DNA of 64,000 nt from the human T2T-CHM13v2.0 reference genome, Homo sapiens (GCF_009914755.1 NC_060944.1); one strand, 5' to 3'. Numbered from the stretch's first letter, positions 14,296-27,981 are shown. Notes: a model not told the origin generated them from the letters alone. Made by a program: numbers and translations.

Positions 14296-14745
14296 TGTCT
14301 TAGCTGGGATTCCTCCAAAAGCTGACTGTGAGACATGGATCCACAAACCAGCATTTTATTTGGAATTTGGTGCCAGGAAGCACAGGTAGGGGAGCAGGGG
14401 AGTGAAAAAGTGAAGGAAGTCAATACAGGGTGTGCACAAGTGTGTCCTACTGTGGGCAACAGGAGCTCAGTTCTGCTAAGCACCCCTAGAACATGAGTTA
14501 GAACACATGAAGGAGAAAGAGTACAAGTATGAACACACCAACTCTTATCCATCATTGGTTGATGATTAATATCAGGATGGAGAGAGGAACAATTTCCTAT
14601 ACTTCTAAGCTGCCATATCATTGGTGAATTTGACTCCAGAGATAAAGAGATAAAATGCTGACAGATGGAAGTTGTGTCAATGTGCACTGATATGCTCAAA
14701 GCAAGGAGTTATTATGGATGGGGCATCTAATAGCATCTAGGACAC
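14296..14745 (-). mobile_element. ERVL solo LTR (LTR16/LTR33-like)
   Basis: tgtcttagctgggattcctccaaaagctgactgtgagacatggat...ttttatttggaa. Confidence 0.65.
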
Positions 14746-14754
14746 TTACAAAAT

Positions 14755-15579
14755 CAGAGGTCTCCAATCACACATCCCTATTTGTAAAACAATTTTAACT
14801 AGGCTCTCCTAATACATGTATAGCTATTTATTCAGACAGTATATGTATGTACTACTATCAATGGGCTATGTACATTATAAAGCATATCCAAGAAAGAAAA
14901 TTTTAAAGGATAAAATATAAATAAATATTAAAAGTTAAAATGCACACTCATGTTCATGGTAACATTATTCACAATAGCCAAGAAGTATAAGCAACCCAAA
15001 TATCAATCAATCAATCGATGAATGGAGAAGCAAAATGTATTACATACATATAATGGAATATTATTCAGCCTTTTTATCACCTTAAGATCCTAAGGTCCTA
15101 AGATTATTTATTCAGAATTTCAGGAAGGAAATTCTGTTACTTGCAGCAACAGGGATGAACTTTGAGGACATTACACTAAATGAAATAAGCTAGTCATAAA
15201 AAGACAAATATTCTGATCCCACTTATATGAGGTATCTAGAGTAATCAAACTCATAGAGACAAAAGGTGGAAAGGTAGTTGCCAGGGTCTGGGTTGAGGGG
15301 GAAAATAGGGAGTTATTGTTTAATGGGTATAGAGTTTTAGTTTTGCAAGATGAAAAAGTTATGAAGATTGTTTGCATAGGTACTTAACATTACTGAACTG
15401 TACACTTAAAAATGGCTAAGATGATGAATTTTATGTTACATATTTTTTACCACTATTACAATGAATACATCGTTTTTTAAATCAAGGTAAAACAAGGCTT
15501 AAAAGATTTCCTCCCAACACTCCAATGGATCATCCAGCACATCCTCCCAAGTGAGCACAATCCACTTTTGAGACCTTTG
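14755..15579. mobile_element. hAT-type non-autonomous DNA element split by an L1M insertion
   Basis: Terminal inverted repeats cagaggtctccaa (14755) and ttttgagacctttg (ending 15579), with an L1 3' end between them. Confidence 0.5.
14940..15460 (+). mobile_element. L1MB-like 3' end
   Basis: atgttcatggtaacattattcacaatagccaagaag ... tactgaactgtacacttaaaaatggctaagatgatgaattttatgtta. Confidence 0.88.
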
Positions 15580-15910
15580 CACTAAATACCTAGTCTGTAG
15601 CCCTGCCTTCAGTGTAATCAGCAAAAGATTCTGTATTAAAACATAAAATCCTCTGTCCAGCTAGATGTTAAGATCTCTGTCTTTAAGGGAGATAAAACAG
15701 AATAATAGGAATGGCACCAATAAGGATCATGCAGACAGGTAGATCTGGGTCCAATCCTGCCTCTATATTTAGTTACTGTGATTTGAAACAAGTTAATTAA
15801 CCTCTCTGTTGTACACGTTGTACATTCCTGAGATATAAAAGAAGGATAGCAATATGCCTTCATGTTTTCATTCAACACCTAGTTATTGAGAGCTATGCTA
15901 CACCAGAAAC

Positions 15911-16430
15911 TGTAGTATATTAGTTACCTATTGCTGCATCTCAGATTACCCCCAAAACATGGCAGCATAAAACAAAATACATATATATATTTTGTTTCAC
16001 ACCGTTTTTATGAGTCAGAAATTTAAGAGCAGTTTGGCTGGGTGGCTCCGTGTTTCTCGTGAGGTTGCAGTCAGCATGTTGGCCATGACTGCAGTCAACT
16101 GAAGACTCAACCAGGGCTGGAGGATCGACTTCCAAGATGGTTCACATGGTGGCTGTTGGCAGGAGGCCTCAGTTCCTCCTTGCACGTAGCTCTCCACAAA
16201 CTGCTTGAGCATCCTCATGACATGATAGCTGACTTCACCCAGAGCAAGCAATCTCAGAGAGGGACCAAAATGGAAGCTACAATATCTTTTACGATCTAGC
16301 CTCAGAAGTCACACACCACAATTTTGAAATGTCCTATTGGTTATATGGGTCAGCCTTGTTCATTGTAGGGGACTGTATACAAGGTCATGAATATCAGGAA
16401 GCAAGAATCCCTAGGATCCCAACTGGGAGG
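15911..16430 (-). mobile_element. MaLR LTR (MLT1F-like)
   Basis: tattagttacctattgctgc ... ggctggaggatcgacttccaagatggttcac ... gcctcagaagtcacac. Confidence 0.82.
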
Positions 16431-16449
16431 CGGGGACAAGTGGCTGAAT

Positions 16450-17050
16450 AGAGCAGACATAGTTTCTACCCTCAAGGACCTTAGCAACTAGAGGGTAAAA
16501 TAGACTCCAAAGAAATAACTACAGAAATAATTATGATCTAGGTGCTTTGCTACAGCGGAAGAGTACTCGGTGAGATAAATGTGTTTAATATGGAGAACCA
16601 GATCTGGGCTGCCAGTTAAGGGAAGATTTCCCTAGAGTAGCTATCCCTATGCTGATACCTTAAGAATGAGGAGGAGTTAGCCAGGAATCTGGAAGCAGAA
16701 GGAACAGCTTGTGCAAAGACCCTGAGGCAGGAACATGCTCAGCCCTTTCAAGGATCTGAAGAAGGCCAGTGTGTGTGTGCTGGGGGAAAGAAGTATATCA
16801 GTACGGGAAGGAAAAATATGGCATGAGATGACATTGGAGAAGTAGAAAGAGAACCGACTGTATAAACTTTCTGAGCCATGAGGATTCATAACTTCATCCT
16901 AGGAGCAAAGGGAAGCTTCAGGGTGGCAGGGAGGGGGAATAACATGCCTAGATTTGGCATTTTTCAAAGATTTGCCTGCTAAAGAGACAGATTGGGAGTG
17001 AACAAGAAAGGAGGCAGGGAGAGCAGATGGGGGCTTTTCTAGGAGAAAGA
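16450..17050 (-). mobile_element. L2 fragment
   Basis: ggaacagcttgtgcaaagaccctgaggcaggaacatgc ... gaagaaggccagtgtg. Confidence 0.78.
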
Positions 17051-18439
17051 TTATTTGCCAAAGAGCTGTTATGGTTAAAAGGAAGTTAGAGAGAGAGAAA
17101 GAATGTAGTTAAAGCACCCTGAACTTCAGAGGTGCTCCCTAAATAGTCTTTCTCTCTTCCTCTTAAAACAGAAACCTTCAGGGACACCTAACATAAGATG
17201 ATATCTGCAAAACATATATCTCTAAAAAAAGCAGACAAAAACACAATCACTTAGCGCGGGCCTCATTAGGCACCTCATAAGTTCAGGCACTAGGGTCCTG
17301 AAGGAGTCTTGTGCACAGGAAATTCAGGAGGGGAGTCAGCAGTGAGCTTAAAGCCTCGCTCCACCACCAGCAGGAACCCGGACTGACCCACAGAGAGCGC
17401 TGAATAGCATTTATGATGCTTAATCAGAAAGCATGCAGCGTTGATCTGGAAATTAATTGGATGCTCGGATTTTTCGCACATCATGGAGAGTTAGATGTTA
17501 CAAAGATTTTGACGGGAATATATTTAGTAACAGTATCACTGATGTTCAGTCTCAAGCAGGGGCCTGTATCTACTCTGGGGCTCATTATATTCTGAGTGAC
17601 AACGGGTGCTTAGTAAATCTCCTTTGATTATGATGATCAACCAAGTCACTCAGAGTGTCTTTAATAGATAATGAGAAATTGTACCAGAGTTGGGGTTTTC
17701 TAAATATGAAATCAAACTGCAATTCTCATGACCCACTGTGCTTTTATTTATTTAATCATTTTTACTTAACTGATTCACTATTTTAATAGGTAGTTTTAAA
17801 AGTTAACTCTACATTACCGCCATAAATGGAAAATCTCACTTGCCATATAAATAAGACAATCATAAAAATAGATACCGTCTACCCCTAAAATCTGCCATGT
17901 ACAGCTCAGGTTGGGCACAGCACACCCTGAGAACTGCTGGACCTGGATGTGCTTGTAGTCAAGGGTCTTGGAAGGAACAGCCGTGGTCATCAGTTCACAC
18001 AGCCAGGATACAGGGGATATGCCCTTATGTGACATAGGGCATATATGATATAGAGTATATGTCCACACATTCCAATATCAATATAGGGAGAGAATGGTGG
18101 AGAGAGAAAGGGAGATCTCTCAAATTAACAACAATGAATATCGACTGAACCTGAAGAAACAGATGCTCTTTGGTTCATGGAAAGGGTGTGAACAGATGCT
18201 CAGGCCTGAACACTGCTCAGACTTTGCAGCTTCAGGGACCATCGGCTAAGAGACTTGTCTTCTGGACTTACTGCCTGGGGTAAGGACCAGGGCTCATTTA
18301 TCTTATCTCTCTAATCTGGGGAGCTGTGAGGACTAGAATGGGTAAGGGTTCAGTGCAGGGTTTACAGCTGCTGAAAGGTCCCTGTAGCATTTCCTTTATG
18401 GAAAATCCTATGGATATACTTAAAGATAGGTATTTGTGA

Positions 18440-19075
18440 GGGTGAAACCTACCTACAACCTCTTACACTGCTAGTGCAAATGTCAAATGGTGCAATCCCT
18501 TTGGAAAAAGTTTGGCAGTTTCTTGTAATGTTAAACACACACTTAGCATACAACCAGCAATCCCACTCCTAAGTATGTACTCAAGAGAAACAAAAAGGTA
18601 TGTTTATAAAATGGCATATACATAGCAGCTTTATATTTGCAAAACTTGGAAATAATTCCAATGCCCGTCAACAAGTGAATGGATAAATAAAACTGTGATG
18701 TGTTTATACAGTGGAATACTATCCCACAACAAAACAAACAAACTGCTGCTGCATACAGTACAATAGGCAAATCTCCAAATGTTGTTAGCTACCAACAAAG
18801 ACAAATGCAAGAGTACATATACTCTCTGGTTCCATTTACATGAAGCTCTAAAGCCGGCAGAATTCAGATACAGCGATAGAGATCAGAACAGTGGTTGCCT
18901 AAGGTAGGTGAAGATTAACTGAGAAGGGCATCATATGGTGAGACAACTCCTCAAGGTGATGACAGTGTCCACTATCTTGATTGGCATGATGGTGACTCAG
19001 ATTTACATACTGCTAAGATGCAGCATGCACGCTTAAGATCACATATGCTACTGTAAATTATACCTCAATTAAAAA
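18440..19075 (+). mobile_element. L1MC/MD-like 3' region
   Basis: ccagcaatcccactcctaagtatgtac ... tgtaaattatacctcaattaaaaaa. Confidence 0.85.
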
Positions 19076-19339
19076 ACATGATTTAAAGCACAACCTATAA
19101 GCAAAAGAGCCAGTTTAGAAATCAGTTACCACCAAAAATGCCCTGTGAATGTGGGAAGAATGAGTGGAGAAGCCTGCCCATGTCTTGCCTCAGAATTTTC
19201 ACTGCCCACCTGCTCACCTCCCTAGGTTGTCTCAGGCATAAACGAAGATGATAGATGTCAGGGCACTTGGAAACTCTCCAATCGCTGTACACTCTAAAAG
19301 GGGTCTAGTTTAATCATTTGTACTAATTTCTTAGAAATG

Positions 19340-19870
19340 CATCACTCTTTTTTCCTTATTTGCCTTTTTAATATAGAATCAAGGCTTGCTCATCATCAAA
19401 AAGATTCAAACATTACAGAAGTGTAGATAAAATAAAAACTGCAATTTCCCTTCTCTCTCCTCTCCTTTTCCTCCTCTATACAACCCACTCACTTTCCAAT
19501 TTTGGTGACGTGGCAGTTCTGCATGGATCTTTCCAGATTTTTTTTCTCCCCCAACTGCAATCATACAGTACACCGTATCATGCAACCTGCTCTTTTATTT
19601 AACAACATATTCTCTCCAACAGTGTGGATATTCCGTCATTTGTTTAACCAAGCCCCTAATGATTGACATTTTGGGTTTCCCCTAAAGTTTTGCTGTTATA
19701 AACTACGAGACGAATGTGTTTCCTTGATCTTCTTCAAATCCTTGTGTGAATATCCCTTTAGAATAAGTTCTTAGAAGTGAAATTTCTGAGTCAAGTAGTA
19801 CATGCAATATTAATTTTAATAAACCTTATCAAATTATTCTCTGAAAAGATTGAATCAATGCATAGTCCTC
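19340..19870 (-). mobile_element. Old L1ME-like fragment
   Basis: tttgtttaaccaagcccctaatgattgacatttt ... cttagaagtgaaatttctgagtcaa. Confidence 0.6.
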
Positions 19871-20334
19871 CCAGGAGAATCCCTTCTCATTTTGATCTCA
19901 AAGACAGGAAAAATAAAGTTGAGAGAATGCTGAAATATTCAAAGATTCTCCGATGCCCTTGAAAAGCAGAAGTGGAGCTGACATCAACATGGCCTTATTT
20001 TCGCTGCTGACTTGAAACTTCCATAATGAGGAAATAAAACACATGATTTAAAAAAAATAAAAAAACTCATCAATGAGATTAATGAGAGTTGAGAGCCTAT
20101 GACTTGAACATTTGCTGGTTAATAGATGTAGGGATGGAAACAGTGTTGTGCCAATTACTGTAATTAACCAGAAATGAAGACAAATGGAAGGGAGCCTCTT
20201 CTGCCCACCAAGCTTCAACTTAAATGCTGAGTCATGAGCTACTAGTGGAGGCTGGAAGGCCAAGACCTGGGCTAGTGCTGGGAAAAGGAAGTAGCTCTTA
20301 TTCTCCCAAATGTGTGCTGGGTGCTCAGAAACAG

Positions 20335-20526
20335 AGACAGTGGGACCCCATCTCTACAAAAATAAAAATTTAAACATTAGCTATGTATGGTGACATATGG
20401 GTGCCTGTAGTCCCAGCTACTCAGGAGACTGAGGTAAGAGGATTAGTTGAGTCCAGGAGATCAAGGCTGCAGTGAGCTATGATTACACCACTGCACTCCA
20501 GCCTGAGTGACAGAGTGATACCATGT
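20335..20526 (+). mobile_element. AluJ, 5'-truncated
   Basis: Right monomer gcctgtagtcccagctactcaggagactgagg ... gcctgagtgacagagtga. Confidence 0.9.
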
Positions 20527-20702
20527 GAAAGAAAGAAAAAAAGAAAGAGAGAGAGAAAGAGAGAGAGGAAGGAAGGAAGGAAGGAAGGAAGGAAGGAAGG
20601 AAGGAAGGAAGGAAGGAAGGAAGGAAGGGGAAGGGAAAGAAGGAAAGGAAGGAAGGGAAGGGAAGGAAGGAAAGGAAGGAAAGGAAGGAAAGGAAAGAGA
20701 AG
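20527..20702 (+). repeat. Pure-purine compound microsatellite (GAAA/GA/GGAA) grown from the Alu tail; 15 uninterrupted GGAA at 20567-20626
   Basis: Counted directly; about 14 further GGAA motifs follow up to 20695. Confidence 0.98.
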
Positions 20703-21129
20703 CCATCCTGTCAAGGAGTCCCAAATATCCCCTGTCTCATGTAGCTCATCCTTCAGGAAATAGGACACTTTCCAACTAACACAGTTAGGCTATATCCCCC
20801 AAGGTATTATGTTTTTCCTTGAATGGAGTCAAACACTTTCTAAACTCGAGAGAATATGGCCCTGAAGGAAACTACGCCTGTTCCTGTGATGAAATGACCT
20901 GACAGGAAAGCACTCAGCATCTTGCTGACAAGTCAGGAAGAACTCACAACCTGCCCAGTGGTCATTTTAGTCAATTTTGGGGGGAAACAGTTCTTTTGAA
21001 TAGGTCCCCTAAAAAAGGCTTGAAAGAAGAATTAGTACATTCCAAAGCAGTGATTAGAAATCATCATAATTTTCTACCAGGAGAAGAGCACTTTATTATT
21101 ACTTAAAATTACTCTAGTCCAATAGCCAA

Positions 21130-21640
21130 TTGCTATATTTTATGTTAACTTTTATTTACAGGAAGTACAATGTATTCCTTTTGGTGCACTGTTCCATGAG
21201 TTTTGACAAAAGTTCATACAGTCAAGAGGCAGAACATCCCCATCACCCAAAAAACTTTCCTCCTGCTGCCCCTTTTCCCACTCGCAGTCCTGGCAACCAC
21301 AGATCTGCTTTTTATTCCTACAGTTTTGTCTCTTCTAGAATGTTATACAAATGGAATCATACAGTATACAGCCTTTGAGTCTGGCTTTTTCAAGCATTTA
21401 TTCTTTATCAATGTGGTTGCATATATCAATAACATGTTCTTTTTTATTGTTGCGTAGCATTCCCTTGTGTGATGTACCACAATGTGTTTATCTGTTTTCC
21501 AGTCTGGGAACATTTGGATAACTTTCAGTTTGGACGATTATAAATAAAATCGTTATATACATCTACACACAGATTTTTGTATAGAATTTAGATGTCCTCT
21601 GTCTTGGGATTGAGGGGCTGTATGGTAAACCAACTGCTCT
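21130..21640 (-). mobile_element. L1MC/ME-like fragment
   Basis: cctggcaaccacagatctgc ... ttctagaatgttatacaaatggaatcatacagtat. Confidence 0.8.
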
Positions 21641-22694
21641 TTAATGTCTAGAAAATGTGACAGTCCTCAGAGTCATGGAGCCTAGAAAACAGTGCGGTTG
21701 TCCCTGGAGTTCAGAATGCTTTACTCTGTAAATATCATTCTTACTTGGATAGCCTTGGTCTGTGAGTAAATGTGCTATGATAGGCGTTGTGTAGCCGTTC
21801 ATCCCAGCTCTGTCCCCAGAATCAGATAAGGACTCATGCTGTGAACTCTGATGCCTTCAGTCCAATGAGACCAGAACATCACTTGCCCGTTTTTATTTTA
21901 GGTCTCGTGTCAAGCTAAGCTAAGATACTTCATTCCTTTTTCTTTTCCCATCAAATTTTGTATCTTAAAAGTTTCAAAAAAATTTATAAGCAAGTATATC
22001 TCAAGATTTTTAACTGAATGAAATAAATTTAAATAAAATTCTGAGTATTTTTCCATTTGATTTTTTGGAAAATATATGCAGTTCCCAAATTTGAACAATA
22101 AATGTGCATTTATAATGTAAGATTATGCTCCCAGAAAGCTAAAAAAAGTTAGAATTATCATAATTACATAATCCCTATTATACTTCAACTCTTAGACATA
22201 ATTTTTAATCATTTATCTTCAAAAAGATGAATATTTTTAAATTTTTTTTCTTTTTTTTCAATCACTATTAAGCACAGTTGAGTTAAATCCAGTAAGCATT
22301 CTGTTGGGACTAAAGATTTTCTGTTCAAAGCACACCTAATGATTTCTCTCTTGTTTCAATTGTATTAAATTTATGAGACCTCTATTTTATCTCTAGTGTC
22401 AGTTTATTTCATTTCCATTTTCCACTTGTTTTCCTAAAATAACAACAAAATGCAATTAAAATGTGTAAATAATGCTGCTTACAACACCTCCATAGCTAAG
22501 TGTGGTATAAATAAAAGTGGTATGGCACTAGCACATTAAAAAAGGAGGCTTGAAATATCAACATTTAATGTAAAAAAAGTACAAGTACAGTAATGGAAAG
22601 CTGAATGTTTAAAGATTTGGAAACTCTTGGAAGCATGCTTGTGTTGCTCTACCGAATTCCAAAGGCAAACAGTTTTATTTTAATAATTTCGTTA

Positions 22695-22805
22695 GCTGGG
22701 CATGGTGACATGTGTCTGTAGTCCCAACAACTTGGGAGGTGGAGACAGGAGGATCGCTTGAGCCCAGGAATTTGAATCCAGCCTGGGCAACATAGCAAGA
22801 CCCTG
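22695..22805 (+). mobile_element. FLAM (free left Alu monomer)
   Basis: Monomer gctgggcatggtg...ggaggatcgcttgagcccaggaatttgaatccagcctgggcaacatagcaagaccct. Confidence 0.85.
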
Positions 22806-23028
22806 GATCTGTTTTCTGTACCTATAGTTTTCTCTATGATAATAACAAAATAATAATAATTTTGTTAATGTTCAGAGCATGAGTGAGCTCCACCTGACAA
22901 CTCTTATAATGTCAAATGATACTGACGTCAACAAAACAACTTAGACAATTCTTGAAATTTGCTTATTTATCTGATACATTTGTTGAGAGTCTATTATGTG
23001 CAAGTGGTATCAAGTAAAAAACCCAGTG

Positions 23029-23204
23029 CATATCCTTGAACCACTTGGAGAGAACTGGAGGGGATGGAAAAGCGAGGGATATCTGTTCACAGCAGAGTGT
23101 CATGTGGGAAGAGGACATGTCCTTGAACCACTTGGAGCGAACCGTAGGGGATGGAAAAGTGAGGGACATCTATTCACTGCAGAGTGTCATGTGAGGAGAG
23201 GACA
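23029..23204 (+). repeat. Tandem duplication, 2 x 87 bp
   Basis: cat(a/g)tccttgaaccacttggag...gcagagtgtcatgtg..gaggaca at 23029 and 23116, roughly 10 mismatches. Confidence 0.95.
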
Positions 23205-24139
23205 AGGAACAGGGAGGCACGGGGGTTGGATGAGCTCTCTTCCTGGTTCTTGAAAATGCCACGAATGTTGGTGGTAGCAGGAATGGCAAAGAGCACCATG
23301 AGTCAGGGACGTGTCATCTCCAAAAGGTCTAGGGCAGAGTATTTCCTTCCCAAGAAACCAGTGTCCCATAATTCACCTGCTGGAACCCCTGTGCACAAAG
23401 GGATTGTGTGATTAATGTAGATTTTGGTGTTTCATATTGTAGCAACTTAATAAGGTATGTGCCCAGCTTCTAAATGAAGGCTATAATCACTTTTCCATAG
23501 TTTATGAATTATGAAGTTGGATTCCCATCCCAAATGCTGTCCAAGTTTTTTGGCTTCAAAACCAATTAAAATGATGAATAGCTGTGAAAAGAACCAGAAG
23601 TGCATTTAATCTTTCTTCAGAACAGTTGGGGATCAGTTCTTTTTTGTCACATTTCACATTAGCTGGGAACATAAACTTGGTCTTGTTCAAAGGTTCAAAC
23701 TACTTCTTCCTGAAAGAGAACCGATCTACTTAACTTTTTTTTTCCCCAGCTATTATAAACACTGAGATATTTACAAAGTGCCTTGTACTTCTTTCTGTTT
23801 ATCTCCCAAGGTCACGACACTCTATTTGCATCTTCTCTTAGCAATGTTATCCTAAAAAGAATCATCAAAGCAAAGATTAACTGTTACAAGAAAAAACAAA
23901 TAAGCGAGAAGATTGCTTACAAATTTCGGGGGTTGGTTTATTATGGATGCAAAAATGAGTAGAAACTCAAGTCCCTGAGTCCACCTTTCATGACGGTAGT
24001 CCTGATTTTGCTATCATTTAATACAACTTAGGTCTTAATGTTCTCACTCAGTGCTGAGTGTGCTGGGATAAGCAAGGTGTTCACAGTCTTGTACATTTTT
24101 TTCTTTACTTTTTATCATAAAAATGAGCTGCAGATGTCA

Positions 24140-24330
24140 TGCAGTGCAGAGAGAAGAGAATGCTTTCTGAGTCAGAAGGTCACATTTTTTGTACTCAACC
24201 ACTTCTAGCTGGAAAACCTTGAGCAAATTACATAATCTCATGGAGACTCAGTTTTCTTACCTGTAGAATGGGGGTTATAATATTTAATTCTCAAAACTGC
24301 TGTGGGGCTCACACAAAATTAATTTGTGCT
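24140..24330 (+). mobile_element. MIR
   Basis: ccttgagcaaattacataatctc...ctcagttttcttacctgtagaatgggg. Confidence 0.75.
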
Positions 24331-25296
24331 GAATTACACATATTTGTAATTTATACATAAAACTTATATGTATATGTATAATAGCAACAGACCCCTGATA
24401 CAGTATTTATTATTCATATACCTGTCCTTTTGACAGAAGGAAAAAACATCATCTAAGATGTGTTTTAGACAAAGTTTCCAATCAATGATATTTGGACACA
24501 ACAGCCCCTTCGATGAGGTGACTCAGCTATCAGTGAACTCATCTTTGCTATTTTTAGAGCTGAAAAAGGAGAAGCAGGTGATACTGAAGTTGTGTAATCA
24601 GTCTCAGGGGGAGGGCTATAAACTAGTGTCTCTGTCTCTCTCAGGACATCTGGACTCAAAGGTAGTGGCCTCAACCTCGCCAGCCATTCAAAGGCAAGCA
24701 GAACTCTCACAGAGGAGGCAAGGGCGGAGAAGCTTTGAGCATCTCTACAACATCAGAGAACACCCAGTCAAAAGAGAGGGAAACACAAATTGACTTGTAC
24801 CTCATCACCTTGACAACACAAATTTAGACTCTGGCTGCTACATTATCTTCTGGTTCCTTTTCCGGAGCTGCTCTCCTTGAGCTGATTTACACGGTTGCTA
24901 TTGTAGACCCTTGACTGTACACCCAGTCTTTGTGGAACTCCAAGAATCAGGCTTCAATTGTACTTTGAGCCAGCTACACTGGGCCCCTTCAACCCTCAGC
25001 CTTCTCTCCAGGCAAGTCCATAACTGCAGCTGTGGTAAGCCCATCTGCAGGCTGCCCTCTTCCTGTCCTGAGTCCCGGAGGGCATCCCTGTGTGATCACT
25101 GGCCTTAACCTCTCATTAAGCTATCAAAGCTACCTTCCACTGCTTTTCTTAAACCCACGTCTTTTCTATTTCCTTCAACTTCAAATTAGCCATTGTTTCC
25201 ACATCATCCTCTCATGACATGATAGGGAATGAAGTGATGATGGCTCACAGCACTGCTGGGGCTGCTTTTACAAGAAGCTCACTCAAAGTCAACTTA

Positions 25297-25512
25297 TTTT
25301 TTTTTTTTTTGAAACAGGGTCTCACTGTGTTGCCCAAGCTAGGATGATACAGTTGCACAATCATAGCTTGCTGCAGCCTCAACTCCCAGGTTCAAGAGAT
25401 CCTCCCGCCTCAGCCTCCTGAGTAGCTGGGACTACAGGTGCGTACCACCATGCCTGGTTAATATTTTTTATACTTTTTGTAGACATGGAGTCTTGCCATG
25501 TTGCCCAGGCTG
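25297..25512 (-). mobile_element. AluJ, partial
   Basis: Poly-T followed by gaaacagggtctcactgtgttgcccaagct. Confidence 0.9.
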
Positions 25513-26164
25513 AGTCAAGGTCAGTTTTGTCACCATGCGGGGCATAGAGAGACCTCAGCAGTGAAGGCCTCTAGGAAATGGGAGAAATCCAACCAGGCTG
25601 GAACAAGGCTGGGAGAATCGGCCAGTTCTAGGGCAGTTGCCTAAGTAGAATGGGTCATGAATTCGAATCTGCTTCAAGCGATACTCAGGTCAAATTTGGA
25701 CAATGAGGCCAAGCAAAGACTTGAGCACAGAATCAAAGCACACCTAGAGTTACCTATGTGCATCTCCGTTTTTGCTAAATCCAAATTACACCTTACTATA
25801 CTGTTAACTTTTATTTGTCTATATCATTTGTTGGAATCCAGAAAACATACTTTGTTTCTTTCCAGGAAAAAGTCAGGTATAAAAATAAGTGTGTGTTGAA
25901 ATATAAGCACATTTTAAAAAGAAATTAGCTCCTATTCTCATTCCTGCAGCTTGGCATTGAGTTTGTCTGTAATTGGGTGTGTTTTAAAATTAAAAATTTG
26001 AAATAAACGTTAAGCAGCAGGAGTCAAAAATAATTCAGACCGTAATATTCATCAAAACTTGTTTAATAGCAGGAAACCCTCCACTCTGAACTTTTACTCT
26101 TCTTTCTTGCAGAATCAATCCCTCCAGCAGCCCTCAACTACCAGAAGCACAAAAATTCAATATA

Positions 26165-26455
26165 TTTTTTTTTTTTGAGATGGAGTCTCACTCTGTCGCC
26201 CAGGCTGGAGTGCAGTGGCATGATCTCGGCTCACTGCAACCTCCACCTCCTAGGTTCAAGCAATTCTCTGCTTCAGCCTCCCAAGTAGCTGAGATTACAG
26301 GTGCCCGCCACCATGCCCAGCTGATTTTTGTATTTTTAGTAGAGATGGGGCTTCACCATCTTGGCCAGGCTGGTCTTGAACTCCTGACCTCATGATCCAC
26401 CTGCCTCGGCCTCCCAAAGTGCTGGGATTACAAGTGTGAGCCGCCGCCCCCGGCC
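26165..26455 (-). mobile_element. AluS
   Basis: Full dimer; TSD aaattcaata at 26153-26162 and 26456-26465. Confidence 0.95.
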
Positions 26456-26921
26456 AAATTCAATAATATTATGCTTAGTAGTCACACACTTTCTCTTGTT
26501 TTCTTTTGTTTTCTTTGGCTCATTAGACCTCTCCTTCAGAACCAAAGAAATCCATTGTGACAACTCTGTTCTCAGAGCTGACTTTTTCCATAGAGAGAAC
26601 TTCAGTCTGAGACATGCCAAGGAGTTCTTGACGCTCCCAAAATTAACACCTTTCAATCTTTACTATTAGAGATTAACTTGTTTCAATGCCCATTCTCTTC
26701 TGTTAAAGCAGATAATATTGGGAAAGGCAATGTCTGAATGTATTTCTGCCAAGATGTCGATGGTTTATCAAAATCAATTTCTTCCTGTGGAAGAGTTTAG
26801 GTGCAAGGGGAGGAGAGAAAGTGAGAGAAGATTATAACAGGGAGGCTATGGATGCAGAAAGGAAAAGCGGGGAATCAAAGGCAAACCTGCCACCCATTTC
26901 ACAAATAAAAGAATCAGTGTG

Positions 26922-27225
<304 letters not shown>

Positions 27226-27572
27226 TGCAGATTCAGTCAGTCTGGGCTGGGGCCTGAGATTCTGGATTTCTGACAAGTTCTCAGGTAATGTCAGTGCTGC
27301 TAGTACACAGATCACATTTTAAGCCACAAGAAGGCTAGGATATGAGGTATGAACAAAGGTGTTAGCTCAGTGGTTCTCAACCTGGACTATACATCAGAAC
27401 CACCAAAAGAGGTTCTGTTGGGTTTGTTGGAGGTTTGTTTTTTTTTTTAAGCTCCTGATGCTCAAGCCCCACCCCAGATTAATTAAATCAGAATCTAGGA
27501 ATTGCTCAAGTATTTGTATTTCTAAAAGCTCTCCAGGTGATTCTCTTGTGCAGCTTGAGTTAGGAACCACTG
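27226..27572. mobile_element. Two MER5-type hAT-Charlie elements
   Basis: gtctgggctggggcctgagattctggatttctgacaagttctcagg; cagtggttctcaa ... ttaggaaccactg inverted termini. Confidence 0.8.
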
Positions 27573-27981
27573 TTAGTTGATAACTGAAGGTGCTATTAAA
27601 AATTCCATAATATATGAGCTCATGAAGGCTAATGAGACACCCCAGCTAAGGGCATCTTCCTCTGCAACAGCAATTTGCTATTGTACAATGGGGGCAAACA
27701 GTTGGTGCTCAATAAATTTGTTCAATGAAAAAAAATAAGTGATTGGCTGAATGCATGAATGAATGGAAATGTTTGAAGTCAACAGTCTATGGAATGAAAA
27801 GGATTACAGTCCTATTATCAAAATGACAAGTGGCAGGATGGGTATTTTAAGACAGATCATCTTTTCCATCACTCTTTCAAATACCCCATAGAAGTACTTA
27901 AATCTTGGCCCACTTTTAAGCCTGACTTTGTTAATAACTGGAGGAGTCAAAGCCACAAATTTTCCACACCATTACTTTATT

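Noticed and set aside
20421-20779. Four overlapping low-complexity ORFs
   Set aside because: Products of the GGAA/GAAA microsatellite and the adjacent Alu.
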